Part shown: piece after piece, positions 57,788 to 64,000 of the stretch | Layout: each line of letters opens with the position of its first letter | Position numbering within the stretch: position 1 is the stretch's first letter | Position numbers and translations under genes: made by a program | Source of the DNA: Hormiphora californensis | Lineage: Eukaryota; Animalia; Ctenophora | Length of the DNA stretch: 64,000 nt | Direction: 5' to 3' | Assembly: GCA_020137815.1 (NCBI GenBank) | Contig: CM035357.1 | Location: forward strand, 4,216,001 to 4,280,000 | The notes under the pieces: model-generated | Database searches by the model: none | What the model saw: the letters and a program-made list of their open reading frames with translations, nothing else | Told to the model about the DNA's origin: nothing

Positions 57788-60700
57788 TCACAGCCACTGA
57801 GAAACAAGCCGTCGCCCGTCGTCCACTCGTTCAGGCAAGACTGTTTGAGTGTTTGAGTAACAATTATAATATTGTTCATAATTCATCAACTTGATCATGA
57901 TGATTGATGAAACTTCACTACTTTTCCCACAAACTGAAGCAAAAACCTGTCCGACCAGATTCGAGTGCACTGTCAAAGCATGGTCTGGCGCCGCTAGACA
58001 GAGCAGAACCGTTTAATTTAAACATAATCGTACATTCGGACATGATAAATTAGCTAAAATTAAATCTTGAAGATATCAAATTATCAAGAGTCCAGAGTTT
58101 TTAGCCAAAATGTCCGAGATGTTATAAAACAAAGTCCTCACTTCTCTCACCGCATGGTGCACCTCCTCTCAGAAGACCTAGCCTCTCTTAGTCTCAGGAC
58201 ACAGAAGATGCTACTAGCTAGCCATGTTGGTTAAATCCCCTTCAAACTCGAATACTATCGTTTACTGAGGAAAGTGTTAGAAATTAAAAAAACAATTTCC
58301 TTTAATCGTTTTACAGTGGCAAAATTCAGGAAGTGCACAATGCAGCTTCAATCTGTTTCGGCGGCACCGACCCTTATATTTTAATTTTGGCTTGTTGAGT
58401 AAGGGATTGAGTAAGGGGTTCTTTTTTTGTAAGTTGGTCCCTACAGATACTCAACAAGTTTTGGTGATGTGCTCAGAATCAGATTAGGTCGGCAGAATAT
58501 ATAGCAGATACCTGGATTTGAATTAGCGGCTACACAAGGCTGCTGCTGCTGCGGTACTGGTAGTGGCACAGTGTTAGTTCTCTTCAGGGGATTGGTGTTG
58601 TCATGGTGCCTTCTGTTGTTGTCATGGGTACCATGATGCGAGGCTGACCTTTTGCAGGGTGCTTTTAGCGACATTGATGGGGTATGCTTTAACAGGGTCT
58701 GAAACACAAACACAATGTTGAAATTTACACATGTTAGAATTTAGTAATTTACAGTTACACACATGCTAGTATTCTGATTCACACATGTTAGAATAATGTG
58801 ATAGTTCTGTCTCAATCAGTTTCCACGGAGTTATAATTAGAGCAAGTGTACAATTATAATTGTCAGTGTCACACATATAAAACACATAAACAATACCCAC
58901 ACAACATAAAGGCACAAAAAGTATCCCATTTTGTTTGGCACAGGTACTGTAACATGTTACCTGCTATAACAGGCAGCAGTACAGTGTACACAACAGTCTA
59001 CTTACAGTTGTCCAGTACTGTGTATAACACTTTACTATGTATAACACAACACTCTACTTACAGTTATACAGTTAAAAGTAGAAATGGTCCCTACACTCAC
59101 TCAGTCGTACCAGGGACAGTTCTGTCTGTGTGTGTTTAGTGGTTTCAGAGCTGGAACAGTTGAACTGTTGAATTGTTCAACAGTTCGAAGTCTGTGTGTG
59201 TTTACTATATCTTAGCAGTCTCTATCAGGTCAAGAGCAGTCTAAGTGTTCAATGTCAAGTTTGTCACATATATGGTACAAGGGATTAAAGGAAGGTTTCA
59301 TTTCAAATCGTTTCATGCAATATATGAACTAAGCTGGTCAGATCAGGTTGAATTGTTCATTTGGCAGGTTGTACCTGAGGAACCGACCGACACAAGTAAA
59401 CAATCAATCAGAACTCGTTATTTAGGTCTCGTGACTGGTTATCAGCCAATCAGGGACCAGTATTTCCTGATTCGGTCGGTTCCTGATACATGGTGTCATC
59501 TGTTGTACCTGTATTTCAGATTCTCGTCGGTTGACAGTTGCCAGGGAGTCCCACTCTCTCGACACAGCCGTGTTAGTGATGGCCTCCTTGGGCTGGTACC
59601 GCAACTGGTATGCCTGCAATATAATGGGGGTAAATAATGACAGTACCCTTCGGCCTTCATGGTTATGCCTGTAATATGAAGGGGGTAGAGAGAGTGCATT
59701 TGAACCCCCACCCTTCCGAACGAGGGTAATCAAATTCACAGGAGTGGTACACCCAATTACAGTACTGCCAATTGGGTCGAAAGTGTTACCTTGGGTAAGA
59801 AGACAAGACATATGGTTACAGTAGTTGTAAAGAGTATTCCAGCAGCTTGGACCCCGAATTCAAGGGCCGGTTCCGAGTCTAGGAACATTACCACGGGTCC
59901 TATTATTGCTGCCACAACCAGGATTGTGTAGATTGATATACCTTGCAGGAGGAGTAGGAATTAATTGAGTACATGCCGAGGGAACAATGAGTCGGCTAAT
60001 CTTTTCTAATTCTGTGTCGGTCCACTCTCACTTTAAGGGTACACCGAGGGAATTTGTTTCGAGTGCAGGGCAATCTCTCATCCGCACCGTAGGGTTGTAG
60101 ACCATGATTCGTGCATATTTGAGGTCCCCTAGGTATGGTCTACAACCCTATTTTTCCTCAAAGAATAAACTAAACCTACCAATATATTTGCTGTCATTTA
60201 GGGCGGGTATGGAAATGTTTCGAGATTGAAATGCCAGGAATGCTCCAAATATTAACAACACTGCCTGGAATTAAATAAGTTTTTACTGGGGGTGATATTA
60301 TTGCATGGTATAATAAGCTGTCAGTTGTTCTAATGTTGGGGTTGTTTTATCTGAATGATGTTATAATTTGAGTATCGAAATGTTTTTCTAATCCACTAAT
60401 TTAATTAATTAATCAATAATTTAATTAATAATTTAATGCAGTGCATACTACCTTTTAAATAGAACTGAAACAAAGACACATACCTTGTAAATAAGGGCAG
60501 CAGTAATCGCCCAGGGATCCACAGAGCCCCCGTTCTCAATTTGGCAAACAAGCTCTCCAAGCTCATCGGGGGTGTCGTCTAGTAGAGCTCCATGTCCACG
60601 TGTCTACAGGGATTGGTGTTGTTAGAGGGAGAGTGAATGAGTGGGGTAGTGGGGGGTGTGGGGTAGAGGGGTATAGCGGGGGTGTCATCTAGTAGAGCTC

Positions 60701-63483
60701 TACGTGTCTAGGCCCCAGTTAGAGATTCGACTACTGGAGCCAGTTTCTTAATGCCAGAGATTCACTGCAGAGAGGGAGGGTGAGTGGGGGTAGCGGGGGA
60801 GGTTCCAGAGATGGTGGGGGTCGTGGGGGTGTCACTAATTAATTAAGTTACTAATTACCGTGTTGGTTGAAAATGAGAGTGTCCTGAAGGTCCATTTGTA
60901 GCGATTTAGAAACTCGTTGAGGCCCAGCAAGATCACATCTACAGATACTAACCCAGCTATCAACGCCACCAACTTTAGATCGGACAGAATCTGAGAAGGG
61001 GAGTTATTCAGAAAAATGAAAAGAAAATCGATGCATAATCCCCTTTAGAGCGTTTTGAGAACGTGTGTTATCATGAAATTTTCAATTAAGAAATAGACTC
61101 ACTATGTGTCTTGGTTTTTTGGATGTAAAGATAGCGTACACTCGCCAAGTTTTGGCAAAGAGAGCTCCAAATGTTATCGTGAATCCCAAACAGAGAAACC
61201 AGGATCGTATCTGAACCTGGGAAATTAAATTAATTAAAAATAATTAATTAAGGTCACCGGTCAGTATAGTTTTGGTCGGCGGCTCTTACCCGTTCAACAG
61301 GAATTCAATACAAAATATCTAAAAATAGGTTGTACTTAAAGTCATCCTACACCCTACATCCTACCAGGTACACAGAGCAGCTCAAGGCAGAGCATCTAAA
61401 TGTACTTACAGAGCATCTAAATGTACTTACAGAACAGATTTTAATAACAAAAGTTGCCGAGGAAGAGAGAGTGTAGCCACAACCCCAGTCATTAGCGCTG
61501 ATAAGGGCACCCACGCGTACAGAAAAAGTGATCCCAGTAGGATGATGTTGTTAATATGGGGGGAGGACATTTTTATAACCCTGAGGGGAAGTGGAGGATT
61601 AGCAAGAAAGGTAGGGGATAACAAAAAATGAAACTGTTATTTAGTATCAGGAGGGTCTGGTTTAAATCAAGAAATATTTTACTTTATGGGTCCATCCGAA
61701 AAAAAGTTCCCTAGGGTATATAACTTTTTTTTCGGGAGAGAGGACAGCAGGAACCTACAGACACAAGTAAACAACCAATCAGAACTCGCTATTTAGGTCA
61801 CGTGACTGGTTATCAGCCAATCAGGGACCAGTATTTTCTGATTCGGTCGGTTCCTAGAGGACAACATTTCATACCTTTTCTTCATGAAAACAACGTTGAA
61901 GATAAAGAAAACTACAGTAAGTATCACTCCAAGTATTGATGTGATTGTGCAGAATATAATGGAGCTCATTGGTATGCCAACTATCTTTTTATCCGTTATC
62001 TGGGGACTATCAACAGGACAGTGACACGATCCATCTGTAGTAGGGGAGAGATAGGGAGCAGTTTAGTTGGGGAAGACAGCTAGAGAGAGTGCATGGTTTA
62101 GTTGGGGAAGTGAGGGTGAAATGGACACAATCACCAGTCATGACAATCAGAAGACCGGTATCAGTAATGAAACGCCGAAACCTAATGTCCCATGCAATGA
62201 GAGTGGTCATCCGACATAATTGTCACAGCTCGACGAGAAATTCGACGTGAATCTCGACCTGGAATGAGGCGCGCATTCGTAGTGAGAGAGACACAAAGAC
62301 TAGCGCGAGAGAAGAGTTGAAGCGCGACATCATTTTCTTACTGCGGCACATCTCTCTGATGCGCGCCTCATTCCAGGTCGAGATTCACGTCGAATTTCAC
62401 GTCGGAATATGTCGGAGGACCACTGTGAGACATATATACCCACCCTTCTTGCAGGAATAAGACTTGTTTGCGAAGATGGATGTCTCCCAAAGAAAGGGGA
62501 GTTGACAGTCGGATCGATCAACGTCGTACTGACAGACATCAACTAACTCATAGTCTGAAGATATATTGGTGATTATAGATTCACACTGAAATTCAGGTCC
62601 AATTATTTTGGGATATGATTGATGGATATATGTACCCACTTCTGGGGTACGATATTATCATGCAGCATATGAATCTATGATTAATGTCAAAAAACATGAT
62701 TGATATGATCATGATTAAAAAACCTATACCCATGGTTGCCGAGTTAGACTTTAGATTTTATAAAATAAAAAAAAGAGTTTGAACAAAACAAACCCATGGT
62801 GGAGGAGTTGACGTTGTGTATAATTTGAAGCTGTTGAATCAGAGCACGGAACCCGCTCCTACACGTGGAATCATCTGAATTGTCAAACTCTATCCGACCC
62901 TGTAGAACACATATTATTGGTTACTAATCAGGTTAGAGCCGGTTACGAGCCTGCCTGAGGATCATTATTGGAAGAGAGATTTGTTTGTGAATGATGTATA
63001 AGTTGGTAACAAAATAAGGAAAGAGAGGAGTTTAGTAAGACTAATAATATTAGTTTTTATCTCACCGATGCGCCACCAAATGTCAGCTCCTTAGTAACTT
63101 GGACGAGGTGGGAGGACATGTTGCCCTGTCTCTCTAACAACCCCTTTAGAAGGTACTCCCTCGTATCAACACTGTTCTCCTCGCTCAAATCAACCAATCC
63201 TGTAATGATAATGGGTTGGTGGAGAACTCTGCACTGTTCGGACGTCTGGTGAAGTTAAAGTATAATCAATTATGTAATTGATTAGCTAAATATGCTAGCA
63301 ATTAATTAAGTGTTGTTAGTTAAATATCCTATCGATTAACTCAATTTTGTTAGCTAATATATTAATTGTACCCGTTGTGTAGTTAAAATGATATAGGAAC
63401 TGGTGAAGGCCCATAGCGAGGGTCCAAACTGAATCATACATGAGACTACCCGCTTTTTCCTCCTTTGCACAGCTACAGTTATC
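57788..63483 (-). CDS. 3' part of a GABA-B-receptor-like class C GPCR (5' exons beyond window)
   Basis: Spliced motifs [109 protein letters not shown]. Tail exons (~59616-59508, ~58699-58513, 57840-57788) are less certain. Confidence 0.85.
59377..59485 (+). mobile_element. CAGGAACCGACCGAA MITE copy
   Basis: Near-identical to 16491-16599. Confidence 0.85.
60090..60150. mobile_element. 61-bp hairpin MITE
   Basis: 16-bp perfect inverted repeat TAGGGTTGTAGACCAT. Confidence 0.65.
61748..61856 (+). mobile_element. CAGGAACCGACCGAA MITE copy with 8-bp TSD
   Basis: Flanks GAGGACAG / GAGGACAA. Confidence 0.85.
62202..62425. mobile_element. Foldback MITE in GPCR intron
   Basis: AGTGGTC(A/C)TCCGACATA termini; internal perfect arms GAAATTCGACGTGAATCTCGACCTGGAATGAGGCGCGCAT. 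Confidence 0.75.
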
Positions 63484-64000
63484 CTGGGATGGGCGATTAA
63501 CTAGTTGATAATTGGGTCAATGGTTCATACCCATGCTGTATACTGAAATCACAGCTATGCCACAAAAAATTGAAACCAAGAAATCACTACCTACTGTAAA
63601 TGCGCCTAACAGATTTGGTAGAAATTACTCCAACTCTCTCCCTAGCATATATCCCTATAGGGACTGACAATGTGTATTATAATATAGATAACCCCGGTTA
63701 GTAGAGGGATGAAATCTGATATACCAGCCTATTAGGCTGGTATATCAATACGATATCCACGAGGAACGGAGTGACGAGGGGAATATCGTGTGATAATCCC
63801 CGTAGGGGATTATCAAATTTCATCACTTTACTAGCCGTGGTTATTTCTTATAAAACGACCCCGGGAATTATGAAAGGTGTGAAAACAGAGGGAGGGAATT
63901 ATTTGATATACCACAGTAGACTGCGGGAAATATCAGCAGGGGGGGTGGTTTATAAGACGTCCCATCCCCCCTAATTCCTAACATACCCTCCACAGTCCAC

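Noticed and set aside
62945-62972. rRNA fragment (GGATCATTA, like the 18S 3' end)
   Set aside because: The match is too short and has no flanking rRNA similarity; it is intronic.

Overview
Eukaryotic (animal) genomic DNA, gene-dense with short GT-AG introns. The repeat families and the GPCR, BTB and Ig-protein styles look like a ctenophore (Pleurobrachia-like); this is recognition from memory, not a search result. I hand-spliced 13 genes. In order: the 3' part of a secreted Cys-repeat + beta/gamma-crystallin + 2x kringle protein, a divergent TSG101/Vps23, a GPI-anchored Cys protein, a secreted MACPF pore-forming protein with a beta-trefoil-like tail, a 92-aa orphan, and ACTL6/BAF53. Two ACTL6 introns hold an intronless GPCR, an intronless Sushi-Ig membrane protein and a 4.3-kb foldback element. 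After ACTL6 come a BTB protein, an SV2/SVOP-like MFS transporter head-to-head with MGST1, TBC1D9/8, and the 3' part of a GABA-B-like class C GPCR. The most striking non-coding signals are: (i) ultra-short CTGTC...GACAG insertions with 8-bp target duplications, two of them only 23 bp long; (ii) giant foldback elements with unrelated ~10-11-bp internal arrays but a shared GGGTAGTA(A)TG terminus; (iii) dense RFX X-box-like palindromes in introns; (iv) a MITE carrying a CCAAT-GTCACGTGAC-CCAAT cassette. Several genes, including essential ACTL6, show +1 frameshifts and some stretches are homopolymer-noisy, so the assembly is probably imperfectly polished.
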